A DNA stretch of 44,841 bases from an uncultured Bacteroidales bacterium (lineage in GTDB: Bacteria > Bacteroidota > Bacteroidia > Bacteroidales > JALTDM01). A program made the position numbers and the translations under genes. The stretch covers positions 1 through 44,841 of the forward strand of contig CAYMVE010000003.1 of NCBI GenBank assembly GCA_964393715.1, given 5' to 3'. Positions 1-9,891 of the stretch are shown piece after piece. How positions within the stretch are numbered: position 1 is the stretch's first letter; the number at the start of each line of letters is the position of its first letter. The notes under the pieces were generated by a model. It saw only the letters and a list, made by a program, of their open reading frames with translations. It ran no database searches and was not told where the DNA came from.

Positions 1-2
1 CT

Positions 3-1871
3 CATATCAGCTTCGAAGAAGACAACAACAATTCGCCGGAAAGCGGTTTCGCCGTAAGTGGTAGAGTAACTACAAAAAGCGGAACGGAAAATCAATATTT
101 CAGCATTTCTCCGGATGACACTGCCATTGTGATAAATGATGAACCTAAAGTTACATGGTACCCCAACAAAAATGCCTTTTGGGCAGGTCAATTGGTAGTA
201 AACTCACCTTATGATGTCGGCACAAATTCCTTAGCAGTTGGCTATCACCCCAAAGCTCAAGGAGAGTACTCACAGGCACTCGGTTACAATTCTTCCTCTT
301 TAGGAAATTATTCCACCGCTATAGGAAACAACGCTACAGCTATGGGACCCAGCTCTTTTGCATTAGGAGATAGTGCTTATGCAGATGATAGCGCTAGTTA
401 TGCAATCGGATTAAAAGCAAGAGCAACGGGCTTTAAAAGTCTTGCAATAGGATCTGGTGGAATAGCTTACAACACTAATGGGCAAGTATGGACACAAAGC
501 GAAGCTTCCGGTAATTATTCTGTAGCAATAGGTAATGGTTGTATTGCCAGTGGACCATTTTCTTTTGCCATTGGGATATTAGATACTTGTGAGGGATATT
601 ATTCTATGGCATTTGGATATGGCACTCACTCAAGCGGATACAATTCTACAACCCTTGGTAACTACACCAAAGCTTCCGGAAGCAATGCTTTAGCAATCGG
701 TTCTTACTGCGAAGCTCATGGAGCAAGTTCTTTTGCTGCAGGATATAATTCAATCGTAGCTGCTACAGCAAGTAATGCTACAGCCATAGGCTACCAATCG
801 GCTGCTTTAGAAAGTTTTTCTTTTGCTCTTGGTTTTATGGATACCACAACAGGTTGGGGGGCCTATGCTTTGGGTTATCAAAGTAAGGCAGAAGGTAATA
901 CCTCTTTTGCATTAGGAGCTAACGTAAGAGCTACTGGTATTAGTGCGACCGCAATGGGAAATCAAACCATAGCAAGTGGACAAACCAGTTTTGCTTTGGG
1001 TAACAGAACCACCGCCTCTGGTGACTACTCTTTTTCAAGCGGTTACCTATCAACTGCATCGGGTAACAGCTCTGCCACTTTCGGAAGTACGACCGAAGCA
1101 ACAGGTAACAATTCAATAGCCATAGGCTATCATACAGATGCTATCGGGGATCAAGCCTTGGCAGGAGGGTTATTTACATCGGCATCAGGCACCAACTCTG
1201 TAGCCTTGGGTTATTATTCCAATGCGGAAGGAGACTATTCTTTCGCAATAGGACGTTCTTATGCCAAAGGGAACTATTCCTTTTCAGCAGGTTATTATAC
1301 TAAATCCAAATCTTACTTGTCTTTTGTCGTAGGAAAAAATAACGACACTTCTTTTGTTTCCAGTACCGATTCGTGGGTAGATACAGATCCGTTATTTGTT
1401 GTAGGGAATGGGCAATATACTCCTCACAACGCTATGGTTGTCCTTAAAAACGGCAATGTAGGAATTAACACCAATACTCCGGACAAACTTTTAACAGTAA
1501 ATGGAGATGCCCGTGTTACCGGAGATATTTACTACGGAGCAAGTGGCTCCGGAACAACCTACAACAAACCGGACTTCGTATTTATGCCGTCTTATGACAA
1601 AAAATTCAGCATCAATGCCATTGAAAAATATATCAATCGTCACGGACATCTGCCGTGGGTAACGGCTGCCAAAGACGAAAAAAACGGCATCAATCTGACC
1701 AGAATGAGTTTTGAAACGCTGGAAAGTGTGGAAAATCTTCAGTTGCAGGTTATTGAATTGAATAAACATAATTTGCAGTTGCAAAAAGAAAATGAAAATT
1801 TGAAAAAGATGATACACAAAATGAACAAGCGTTTGAATGAATTGGAAAAAGAAATCAAACGAATCAAATAA
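3..1871 (+). CDS. Repeat-rich adhesin / tail-fibre-domain surface protein (5' partial)
   Basis: The frame is open from window position 3 with no stop before the GTG at 129 listed in the ORF track, so the gene most likely starts upstream of the window. There are about 25 degenerate Ser/Ala/Gly-rich repeats (S-x-A-x-G-x-x-[ST]-x-A-x-G) resembling YadA/Hep_Hag head or tail-fibre repeats. The C-terminus has an NGNVGINTNTPDKLLTVNG motif followed by a heptad coiled coil (LQLQKENENLKKMIHKMNKRLNELEKEIK). Confidence 0.72.
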   Translation, partial: HISFEEDNNNSPESGFAVSGRVTTKSGTENQYFSISPDDTAIVINDEPKVTWYPNKNAFWAGQLVVNSPYDVGTNSLAVGYHPKAQGEYSQALGYNSSSLGNYSTAIGNNATAMGPSSFALGDSAYADDSASYAIGLKARATGFKSLAIGSGGIAYNTNGQVWTQSEASGNYSVAIGNGCIASGPFSFAIGILDTCEGYYSMAFGYGTHSSGYNSTTLGNYTKASGSNALAIGSYCEAHGASSFAAGYNSIVAATASNATAIGYQSAALESFSFALGFMDTTTGWGAYALGYQSKAEGNTSFALGANVRATGISATAMGNQTIASGQTSFALGNRTTASGDYSFSSGYLSTASGNSSATFGSTTEATGNNSIAIGYHTDAIGDQALAGGLFTSASGTNSVALGYYSNAEGDYSFAIGRSYAKGNYSFSAGYYTKSKSYLSFVVGKNNDTSFVSSTDSWVDTDPLFVVGNGQYTPHNAMVVLKNGNVGINTNTPDKLLTVNGDARVTGDIYYGASGSGTTYNKPDFVFMPSYDKKFSINAIEKYINRHGHLPWVTAAKDEKNGINLTRMSFETLESVENLQLQVIELNKHNLQLQKENENLKKMIHKMNKRLNELEKEIKRIK

Positions 1872-1921
1872 ATTTTGTTAAAAAAATAAATATTGTGTAA
1901 TTTTACCTAAAATTAAGAATT

Positions 1922-2386
1922 ATGAAAAAGTTATATATTATCATCATTCTCCTGCTTCCCTTGGCCGGGATAAGCCAACCCGATGTTATTGCAGCAGGAG
2001 GCGACTATTACGAAACTTCCAATGTAAGAATGAGCTATACTCTTGGACAAACCGTTACCGCCACTGTTAGCGGTAATGGTGTCGCAGCTACACAAGGGTT
2101 TCAACAAACTTCGTATGTAATTGTGGATTTGAAAGAACCGGATGCCGACATGAATGTTTCGTTATACCCTAATCCCACTAGCGGAGAATTGGTACTTGAT
2201 TTCAGCACAATTCCCGCAAGCAACACAACCGTAAAGGTAATTGACTTTACCGGAAAAGTTGTTCTTATCACTACGGTAGCCAATCAAAAACAATCTCTGG
2301 ATTTAAGCCAATTACCTACCGGCAATTATATTGTGAACATCAAAAACGACACTCAGGAACGCAATTTTAAAGTAATCAAAAAATAA
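1922..2386 (+). CDS. Small secreted protein with T9SS type-A C-terminal sorting domain
   Basis: N-terminal signal peptide (MKKLYIIIILLLPLAGISQ). The C-terminus matches the Por secretion tail pattern (VSLYPNPTSGELVLDF...LPTGNYIVNIKND...FKVIKK). Confidence 0.8.
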   Translation: MKKLYIIIILLLPLAGISQPDVIAAGGDYYETSNVRMSYTLGQTVTATVSGNGVAATQGFQQTSYVIVDLKEPDADMNVSLYPNPTSGELVLDFSTIPASNTTVKVIDFTGKVVLITTVANQKQSLDLSQLPTGNYIVNIKNDTQERNFKVIKK

Positions 2387-2397
2387 CCATAAAATGG

Positions 2398-2428
2398 AAG
2401 CGGGCCGTTTAGCAAGCCCGCTTTTTTA
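2398..2428. terminator. Rho-independent hairpin between convergent genes
   Basis: aagcgggc (2398-2405) pairs with gcccgctt (2416-2423) and is followed by a T-run. It lies between the stop at 2386 (+) and the stop at 2426 (-). Confidence 0.7.
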
Positions 2429-3058
2429 TTTCAATCCGGTTCCTATCTTTTTTATTATTTCTCCAAAATAAATTTTAAATTCCAAATTGTAAATAACCGA
2501 AGTAAAACTTCTCGTGAGATATTTATCCGGGAAATAAGACAAGCGGTACCCTAATCCGCCACCTATTCCCATAAAAAACAAGGGTTTGTAAATCACGGTA
2601 GTTGACGCCTCATAAGTTATTCCGAACATATTATCGGTATAATAAGGCTTGCCTCCATCATTATATTTATAATTACTCCATCCGGCATTAAAACTTACAG
2701 GCAAGCTGATTTCCCATCGTTTCGTCTTGTAATAGGTATATTCAAAATGCACTCCGGCAAACCACATTTGAAGCAACCCCTTGGTCAATTCTCCGTCTTG
2801 GGATACGACTTCATTATAAACTTTTGAAGTGACCAAACCTCCCGTTATTCCTGCTTTTACCCGTTTGGAATAAGACAATCCGAACAATAAGGCGGTAACA
2901 CCGGCTGTCCTGTTTTGCACAAACGACCCGCGATTATTAAACTGAAAAAAGAATTTGGGATTTTCCCGGTGCAAAAAATACCTCAGACTATCAAGCCCTT
3001 GAGAAAAAGTCTTCAAAGAAAAACAAAAAATCGCCAATAGTACAATAAGCCGTTTCAC
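2426..3058 (-). CDS. Hypothetical exported protein, probably a small outer-membrane beta-barrel
   Basis: Signal peptide (MKRLIVLLAIFCFSLKTFSQ). Alternating aromatic/Gly-rich strands end in an aromatic-rich C-terminus. Its start overlaps the upstream gene's stop by 4 nt, so it sits in the glycogen operon. Confidence 0.55.
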   Translation of the reverse strand: MKRLIVLLAIFCFSLKTFSQGLDSLRYFLHRENPKFFFQFNNRGSFVQNRTAGVTALLFGLSYSKRVKAGITGGLVTSKVYNEVVSQDGELTKGLLQMWFAGVHFEYTYYKTKRWEISLPVSFNAGWSNYKYNDGGKPYYTDNMFGITYEASTTVIYKPLFFMGIGGGLGYRLSYFPDKYLTRSFTSVIYNLEFKIYFGEIIKKIGTGLK

Positions 3059-4344
3059 CTTATGTCCAAAAGTCTTTTATACAACACATTTACCAAATAT
3101 GCCGCATTATCCCATCTTAGATTGATCACTTCCTGACGACCGTATTTTTTAAACAAACGCCTGATACCTTCGTAATGCAACAAAGCATAAATACTGTCTG
3201 CCATGGCATCCACATCCCAAAAATCAATCTTGATCGCATGATGCAATACTTCCGCCACTCCGGATTGTTTTGAAATAATAACCGGCACATCGGTTTGCAT
3301 GGCTTCCAAAGGTGCTATTCCGAACGGTTCCGATACCGAAGGCATAACATATACATCACTCATGGCATACATTTTATACACTTCGTTTCCTTTAAGAAAG
3401 CCCGTAAAATGAAACTTGTCTCCCATTCGTAACTGAGCCACACGCTTTACAATCCTGTTGAGCATATCGCCACTACCAGCCATTACAAAATGTATATCTT
3501 CGGTTTTTTGCAATACTTTATAAGCCGCTTCTACAAAATAATCGGGTCCTTTCTGGAAAGTGATCCGCCCCAAAAAAGTAACTATTTTGTACGGCAAATT
3601 CTTTTTCACCTTAAAGTGTTCAATATTTGCAATAGGTTCCACACCGTTATGAACGGTAAACACCTTTTCCGCTGCTATTCCGTATTTTGTAATTACAATG
3701 TTACGGGTATAGTTACTCACGGTAATCACCAAATCGGCCTCTTGCATCCCTTGTTTTTCTATGGCAAACACATCGGGGTTTACATTCTCACCGCTCCTGT
3801 CGTATTCGGTAGCATGTACATGGACTACCAACTTTTTGCCACTTACTTTTTTGGCAGCAATTCCCGCCGGATAAGTAAGCCAATCGTGCGCATGTATAAT
3901 ATCAAACTCCGTCCTCTGTGCCAACACTCCGGCAACCAAGGCATACCTTGCCACTTCCTCGTAAATATTAGGACCATATTTGCCGGAAAAACTAAATTTC
4001 TCCGAAAAAATCCTTTCCTCGGTTTCTATATCTTTCAATTTATACTCTTCCAAAAAAGCTTGGTATTCTTCCGGAGACAAATACGGCCTCAATGAGGATG
4101 ACACTTCTATATATGTAAGTTTCTCGAACAACTTTTTCACCTTCTTATCGTGCAAAACAACCGGAATGTCTTCGGCCGCCACCAACCTCATAAAGGTATC
4201 ATCTTCGCCGCCAAATAATTTCGGGACTACAAAAATCACTTCCGTTCCCAATTTCGTCAAACTCTTTGTCAAACCGTAACAAGCCGTTCCCAATCCGCCG
4301 GTTATATGAGGCGGAAACTCCCAGCCAAACATTAACACCCTCAT
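3055..4344 (-). CDS. GT-B glycosyltransferase (family 4 / glycogen-synthase-like)
   Basis: N-terminal MRVLMFGWEFPPHITGGLGTAC and the C-terminal E-x7-E motif (SEPFGIAPLEAM) are typical of GT4 glycogen-synthase-like enzymes. It overlaps the upstream glucosidase gene by 4 nt (ATGA). Confidence 0.85.
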   Translation of the reverse strand: MRVLMFGWEFPPHITGGLGTACYGLTKSLTKLGTEVIFVVPKLFGGEDDTFMRLVAAEDIPVVLHDKKVKKLFEKLTYIEVSSSLRPYLSPEEYQAFLEEYKLKDIETEERIFSEKFSFSGKYGPNIYEEVARYALVAGVLAQRTEFDIIHAHDWLTYPAGIAAKKVSGKKLVVHVHATEYDRSGENVNPDVFAIEKQGMQEADLVITVSNYTRNIVITKYGIAAEKVFTVHNGVEPIANIEHFKVKKNLPYKIVTFLGRITFQKGPDYFVEAAYKVLQKTEDIHFVMAGSGDMLNRIVKRVAQLRMGDKFHFTGFLKGNEVYKMYAMSDVYVMPSVSEPFGIAPLEAMQTDVPVIISKQSGVAEVLHHAIKIDFWDVDAMADSIYALLHYEGIRRLFKKYGRQEVINLRWDNAAYLVNVLYKRLLDIR

Positions 4345-6305
4345 CTCACTTTCTTTTTAGACTGTTTATATTGTTTTATCATCTTTGCTATTCTTCTTAA
4401 CTCTGCCACACTCCAAGCTTGTGAAATAGCTCCTCTTGGAGTATGAGGCGGATCGGCATCGTATATTTCATTTATCGTGCCTATACCGTGATGCTGTATT
4501 TCGTCTTCAAAACCTTTGTACAATTTTTCAATCAGATATACCCCGCTTTTACCGTAAATAGACAAATAGGCTTCGGCAAAATGCCCCAATAGCCATACCC
4601 AAACCGTACCCTGATGATAAGCAAGGTCTCGACTGCGTTGGTCTCCTTCGTATTTGGATTGGTAGTCCGGATGCGTTGGCGACAAGGTACGCAAACCTCG
4701 CGGCGTAAGCAAATCCCTTTCCACTACTTCAATTATTTCTTTCTTTATGCTGTCGTCAATAGGAGCATAAGGCATTGATGCCGCAATTATCTGATTCGGT
4801 CTCACACTCCAATCAGTATATTCCCCGTTAGCCCAATCGGCAAGATAACCTCTCGAAGCACTCCAAAAAACATTCAAAAACGACGCCCGTATTTTTTCCG
4901 GCAACCCTTCCAATTTTGCAGCAAAAGACTTGTCACCGTTTTTCTCCGCTGCTTCCTTTACAAACACAACGGCATTATACCACAAAGCATTGATTTCCAC
5001 GGCATAACCGGTACGCGGAGTTACCGGCTTGCCATCCACTACTGCATCCATCCATGTCAAAGCCACTCCATCCCGCCCCTGCCATATCAAACCGTTATCA
5101 TGCATACCTATGTTAAACTCCGTACCTTTTATATATCCGTTTATAACCTTTTTCAGTTTGGAACCATATCGAGCCCAAACATGTTTTGTGGTACGCTGCG
5201 ATTTTGCCAATTGCTGTACAGCCCACACAAACCACAATGACGCATCTGCCGAATTGTACGAAGCATTATCTCCCGTTTCAGTATTGGCAAAAAGCGGCCC
5301 GTTCATCCTTGCCGTCATATAATCCAACACCGCATAATACTTGGTATAATCACGCTCCGGCAACAACAATCCCGGCAAGGCGATAAAAGTATCGCGTCCC
5401 CAAGTGTTTGCAAACCAATGATACCCTGCATTAATCCTATATTTCCTACCGGCTTTCACCACAAACTGATTAGCCGCATCTTTCAAACAATTTTCAAAAC
5501 CGGACAACGGCAAGCGTGACTCCAATTCTTTTTCAAACAAAGCCTTGAGAGAACGCGGTTTTTGTTCTTCTACCGAGGCGGAAAAAACTATTGTTTCCCC
5601 TTTCTTTATAGGTAATTCAAAATAACCGGGTACCATAAGATCTTCCCGGTGATCATAGCCCCGGTTAAACTCTTCTTTATACTCAATGTTATAGTACCAC
5701 TGCGGATAATGTATGTATTCCACTTTCTTTGAAAACTGCATGTGAAGGTACGGATACCCTTGATAAAGCCGCATCTTGATTCCGTTAGGAATTTTGTGAT
5801 ACGAAGTATCGGCATACAAATTGGCCTTACTTAAAGCATGAATATTGCGAAAAGCCAAAAACGGACGGAATTGTAATTTGGTGGGAGAATGAGCATCCAG
5901 CAATGTATATCTAACCATCACTTGATTGATATTGGTATTCAGCAATATTTCTTTTTTCAGCACAACCCCGCCCACACGGTATATGTGATAAAAAATAGGA
6001 TTCGTCCCCAATTCTTCGATATACTTGTGTCCTTTAGGAGAATACTCCCCGGGATATTTGTGAATAGCCAGATTAAACGATTTCTCCCGTTGGATAACCG
6101 TTTCATCCAGGGACGACAATAATACATGAATGCCCCCGTCCAAATGTTCGCACGGACAATTTAGCAGTCCGTGATATTTGCGGGTATTACAAAAAATAAT
6201 GGTAGTACTGCCGTATGCACCAAGCTTATTAACCCGTATAAATTCACGGCTTAACGAATAGTTCAGATTAACAAGCTCTTTTTTATCGAATTTTATGTAT
6301 GCCAT
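4341..6305 (-). CDS. Glycogen debranching enzyme family protein (amylo-alpha-1,6-glucosidase)
   Basis: 654 aa. The WGRDTFIALPGLLL motif and the (alpha/alpha)6-type C-terminal half (HQGTVWVWLLGHF, GAISQAWSVAE) are typical of the GDE_N_bis + GDE_C architecture, which is paired with GT4 synthase in Bacteroidota. Confidence 0.85.
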   Translation of the reverse strand: MAYIKFDKKELVNLNYSLSREFIRVNKLGAYGSTTIIFCNTRKYHGLLNCPCEHLDGGIHVLLSSLDETVIQREKSFNLAIHKYPGEYSPKGHKYIEELGTNPIFYHIYRVGGVVLKKEILLNTNINQVMVRYTLLDAHSPTKLQFRPFLAFRNIHALSKANLYADTSYHKIPNGIKMRLYQGYPYLHMQFSKKVEYIHYPQWYYNIEYKEEFNRGYDHREDLMVPGYFELPIKKGETIVFSASVEEQKPRSLKALFEKELESRLPLSGFENCLKDAANQFVVKAGRKYRINAGYHWFANTWGRDTFIALPGLLLPERDYTKYYAVLDYMTARMNGPLFANTETGDNASYNSADASLWFVWAVQQLAKSQRTTKHVWARYGSKLKKVINGYIKGTEFNIGMHDNGLIWQGRDGVALTWMDAVVDGKPVTPRTGYAVEINALWYNAVVFVKEAAEKNGDKSFAAKLEGLPEKIRASFLNVFWSASRGYLADWANGEYTDWSVRPNQIIAASMPYAPIDDSIKKEIIEVVERDLLTPRGLRTLSPTHPDYQSKYEGDQRSRDLAYHQGTVWVWLLGHFAEAYLSIYGKSGVYLIEKLYKGFEDEIQHHGIGTINEIYDADPPHTPRGAISQAWSVAELRRIAKMIKQYKQSKKKVR

Positions 6306-6624
6306 ACCTGAAAATATTTTTGGTAAAATTAAATGAATTTAAAGATACGGGCGTAAAAATAAAGAAAAATAATCTTCGTAAAACAATACTGTTTAAAACA
6401 TTTTTTCACAACTAAATAGCCTAATTAACAACAACATAATGACAAAAAACACAAAAAACCTTTCATTATTTTACCCTATTCAACTTTGTTTATTAAGAAA
6501 CAAAAATCAAAGTTACGATTATAAAACAATTTAGACAATCTCTATCAGTAAAAAAATTCATTTTTCTTTTGATTCAATTGCATAAAATATTGTTGAATTT
6601 GAATACTTTAAAAATATTTTTGTT

Positions 6625-6632
6625 TATTTTTG
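6625..6632 (+). promoter_or_regulatory. Candidate Bacteroidota -7 promoter box (TAttTTTG)
   Basis: TATTTTTG lies 23 nt upstream of the ATG at 6655, and a second identical box is at 6615-6622. Both sit in a 349-nt AT-rich divergent intergenic region. Confidence 0.35.
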
Positions 6633-6654
6633 TCTAAAAATTAAAACTAAATAC

Positions 6655-9600
6655 ATGGATTTCATTAAACGATTTCTCCTCGCTATAATTTTTTGTTTTT
6701 TCATATTGGGGAACCAATTGTTTTCTCAAAAAGGTTTCCCTTTTTATAAGTATTATTCCCCTATCGAATATTCCGGCCATCCCCAAGTGTGGAACATCTC
6801 CGAAATAGACCACAACAAGGTGGCATTTGCAACCACTGCAGGAATTATTATTTATGACGGAACATCATTTAAAAATATTCTGAAAGGCACATCAATCAGA
6901 ACCATACATAAGCCCTCAAATACGACTAAAATTTATTTTGGAGGAGACGATGTGTTCGGGCATTTTTACTATGATTCGCTGGGACGCATTCAATACAATA
7001 TCTGGTCTGACAGTTTACCTGATAGTTTGCGTGATTTTGTCGTTATCTTAGGGGTTCATCAACATAATGATACCATTTTTTGGGTAGGATTAAAAAGAAT
7101 CTTTGTTTATGTAAAAAACACACTATACAAGACATTTAAAGCACAAACCGCTTTTTATTTTTCTTTGAAAGGACCTAAAAATAACTTGTACACTTATATT
7201 CCCGGAAAGGGTTTATGCCAAATAACCTCAGAAGCATTACATTATCCGCCACCAACACTATTTGTTTCCTCCCCGGTAAACAGCACCTACCCTCTCAACG
7301 ATTCTACAATGGTTGTTGCTATCGCAAGGCCTAGCAGATTGGTTTTATACTCCCCCCGGAATTTTAAAACCAAACCATTGGAAACAGAAGCTGCCGCTTA
7401 TTTGGACTCAAACGGCATATCAGCTTTATTAAGACTAAAAGACGGTTCTTGGGCAATCGGTACTGTATCAGGCGGAACCGTCATTCTTTCAAAAGATTTT
7501 AAACACATCAAGAGCATTATAAACGATAAAGACAAAATTAGTTCCTTATATGTTTCCTGTATTTATCAAGATCATTCGCATACCATTTGGATTGGAACCG
7601 GTAACGGATTCATTTCTGTATATTATAACATTCCTGCCTATTACATACCAACCAAGCATCTTTTGGAAGGCATCGCTATTGGCATGACAAGAATCAGCCC
7701 CGACAAACTATTTTTAGCTACTACAAGTGGAGCCTTTATTGTAAAAGAAACTGTAAAAAGTGTGAGGAATCATTATACGGGACTTGAAAAGGTTAAAACC
7801 GTTTACGATTCCCAAACCATGTCACTGATAAACCTAAAAGACCAGATACTTTTTGCAGGACGGTTCGGTATTTACTCTTACAATAAAAAAACAGAACAAC
7901 AAGTGGTAATAGACACTAACCTGTATTTGATTGTAAAAGAATCCCGATATAACAAACAATTATTTTTTGCTTCCCGAATCGATGGCTTGTTGGTGTTCAA
8001 AAGAAATGCAAATCACGACTTTATCATACTGAATAATAACATAAAAACATATAAAAGTATTGATAACATATACGAAAAAGATCCTTTGAACTTACTTCTT
8101 GTCAGTAAAGACGGTGAATTTTTTGAAATACATTTTTCAGATACAACATACCAGAAGTTTCAACTCAAAAAATTGAGTTTCCCCGAAGAACTTTCTCCAA
8201 GATTTTTTGTGCTGGAAGATACACTTTATTCTTTTAACTCACAAGACAGTTCAAAAGTTTATTTTTTAGACCAATCCAATAAATTGATTGAAAGCCGTTA
8301 TTATGTAAAATTTCTTCATGGAACCACTCAAAACGCTTTTCCACAAGGCAATTTGATTTTTAGAAAAAACGAAAAATATATTTTGTCTTCCGGATTTTCT
8401 TTATGCGAATTATACATCAGAGCAGACACCATATACATAGACGATTATAAATTTAGAGCAATAAAAACGGCAGGTGTATTTGCCACCTTTAAGGATACAG
8501 CCAAACACTTGATTTGGGGATTGACACCCGACTTCTTTTTAACTCTAAGCGAAAAATCGGAAAGAAAAAAGGTCAAATACAACTGTATCATTACACAAAT
8601 AAAACTCAATAACGATTCCGTATTAGGATACGATAATATATCAGCCACCATCAATTTACCTTACCGCTATAATGATTTGAGTTTCTTTTTCTCCGCTACT
8701 TTTTACGAAATGAATTCCAACATTAAGTTTAGTTATAAATTGGAAGGATTTGACAATAAATGGTCGCAACCAACCAAAGAAAATTTCACCAAATACACCA
8801 ACATTGCACCGGGAACATACACCTTCAAAGTAAAAGCCCTAAACACATACGGAGAATACAGTTCCGTTGCCACCTTTCACTTTACTATCTTGCCTCCATG
8901 GTACATGACTTGGTGGGCTTATTTGCTTTTCACAACGGCAGGTATCGGACTGATTGTGCTTATCGTTCATCTGTACTCACGAAGATTAAAGGCTGCTAAC
9001 GAACGATTAGAAAAATTGGTAAACAAACGAACTAAAGAATTGAAACAAAAAAATGAAGAACTCCAAGAAAAAAACACCCTAATAACCCACAGCATCGAAT
9101 ATGCCAAAAAAATACAGGATGCCATATTGCCCACGGAAAAAGATCTGCAAGCCATGTTCCCCGAATCTTTTATTATTTTCTCTCCAAGAGATATTGTCAG
9201 TGGTGACTTCTTTTGGCTCTATCGCCTATCGGAACACGAATCACTGGTAGTAGTTTCAGACTGTACCGGTCACGGCGTACCCGGTGCTTTTATGAGCATG
9301 ATAGGTAATACACTGTTAAATGAAATTGTAAAAGAGAAAAAAGTACACAATCCAGCTGCCATCCTTGAAAATATTCACATGGGAATAATCAAATCATTGC
9401 AAACCAAGGAAGAAGCTAAAATAGCTGCCGACGGCATGGACATGGTTGTTTGCAAAATAGATACCCAAAACCGGGAAATACAACTTGCCTCAGCCAATCA
9501 AAATGCTTTCTTCTTTGCCGACGACAAATTCATTGCCTGTTATGGAGACCCCTACTCTATAGGCGACCCGTTTGCCAAACAGTCGTTGGTAAGGTTTAGC

Positions 9601-9852
9601 AATTTTAATGTAACATACAAACACAGTGTATCCATATACTTGACTTCCGACGGCTATTTTGACCAATTTGGCGGTAGCGAAAACAAGAAATTTACCATCA
9701 CAAGATTTATCGATTTATTAAAAGAAATCAAAAATCTCCCGATGCCGGAACAAAAGAAAATATTTGAAGCAAAATTCAAAGAATGGAAAAAACACAGACT
9801 TCAAATAGATGACATTCTTGTTGTAGGTATCAAAATAGCACCAAACAAATAA
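6655..9852 (+). CDS. Periplasmic beta-propeller/Y_Y_Y sensor fused to PP2C (SpoIIE-type) protein phosphatase
   Basis: Domain order: signal peptide, about 700 aa of propeller-like repeats (IWIGTGNGF), a Y_Y_Y-type Ig domain (FSYKLEGFDNKWSQP...PGTYTFKVKA), one TM helix (WWAYLLFTTAGIGLIVLIVHLY), a coiled coil, and a PP2C domain (SGDFFWL...VSDCTGHGVPGAFMSM...TSDGYFDQ). Confidence 0.85.
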   Translation: MDFIKRFLLAIIFCFFILGNQLFSQKGFPFYKYYSPIEYSGHPQVWNISEIDHNKVAFATTAGIIIYDGTSFKNILKGTSIRTIHKPSNTTKIYFGGDDVFGHFYYDSLGRIQYNIWSDSLPDSLRDFVVILGVHQHNDTIFWVGLKRIFVYVKNTLYKTFKAQTAFYFSLKGPKNNLYTYIPGKGLCQITSEALHYPPPTLFVSSPVNSTYPLNDSTMVVAIARPSRLVLYSPRNFKTKPLETEAAAYLDSNGISALLRLKDGSWAIGTVSGGTVILSKDFKHIKSIINDKDKISSLYVSCIYQDHSHTIWIGTGNGFISVYYNIPAYYIPTKHLLEGIAIGMTRISPDKLFLATTSGAFIVKETVKSVRNHYTGLEKVKTVYDSQTMSLINLKDQILFAGRFGIYSYNKKTEQQVVIDTNLYLIVKESRYNKQLFFASRIDGLLVFKRNANHDFIILNNNIKTYKSIDNIYEKDPLNLLLVSKDGEFFEIHFSDTTYQKFQLKKLSFPEELSPRFFVLEDTLYSFNSQDSSKVYFLDQSNKLIESRYYVKFLHGTTQNAFPQGNLIFRKNEKYILSSGFSLCELYIRADTIYIDDYKFRAIKTAGVFATFKDTAKHLIWGLTPDFFLTLSEKSERKKVKYNCIITQIKLNNDSVLGYDNISATINLPYRYNDLSFFFSATFYEMNSNIKFSYKLEGFDNKWSQPTKENFTKYTNIAPGTYTFKVKALNTYGEYSSVATFHFTILPPWYMTWWAYLLFTTAGIGLIVLIVHLYSRRLKAANERLEKLVNKRTKELKQKNEELQEKNTLITHSIEYAKKIQDAILPTEKDLQAMFPESFIIFSPRDIVSGDFFWLYRLSEHESLVVVSDCTGHGVPGAFMSMIGNTLLNEIVKEKKVHNPAAILENIHMGIIKSLQTKEEAKIAADGMDMVVCKIDTQNREIQLASANQNAFFFADDKFIACYGDPYSIGDPFAKQSLVRFSNFNVTYKHSVSIYLTSDGYFDQFGGSENKKFTITRFIDLLKEIKNLPMPEQKKIFEAKFKEWKKHRLQIDDILVVGIKIAPNK

Positions 9853-9857
9853 ATTAT

Positions 9858-9865
9858 TAACTTTG
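9858..9865 (+). promoter_or_regulatory. Candidate -7 promoter box (TAacTTTG)
   Basis: TAACTTTG lies 27 nt upstream of the fabG ATG. Confidence 0.45.
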
Positions 9866-9891
9866 CAACGCAATTAAAAAATTCAAATAAT

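Noticed and set aside
3-1871. Tail-fibre-like protein as evidence of a prophage
   Set aside because: The visible flank holds no other phage-type genes (capsid, terminase, integrase, baseplate). The downstream neighbours are T9SS and glycogen genes. The upstream side is not visible, so this remains open only for the unseen region.
3490-4279. Plus-strand ORFs of 201 aa and 99 aa inside the glycosyltransferase gene
   Set aside because: They are antisense to a well-supported GT4 gene and have no motifs and odd composition.
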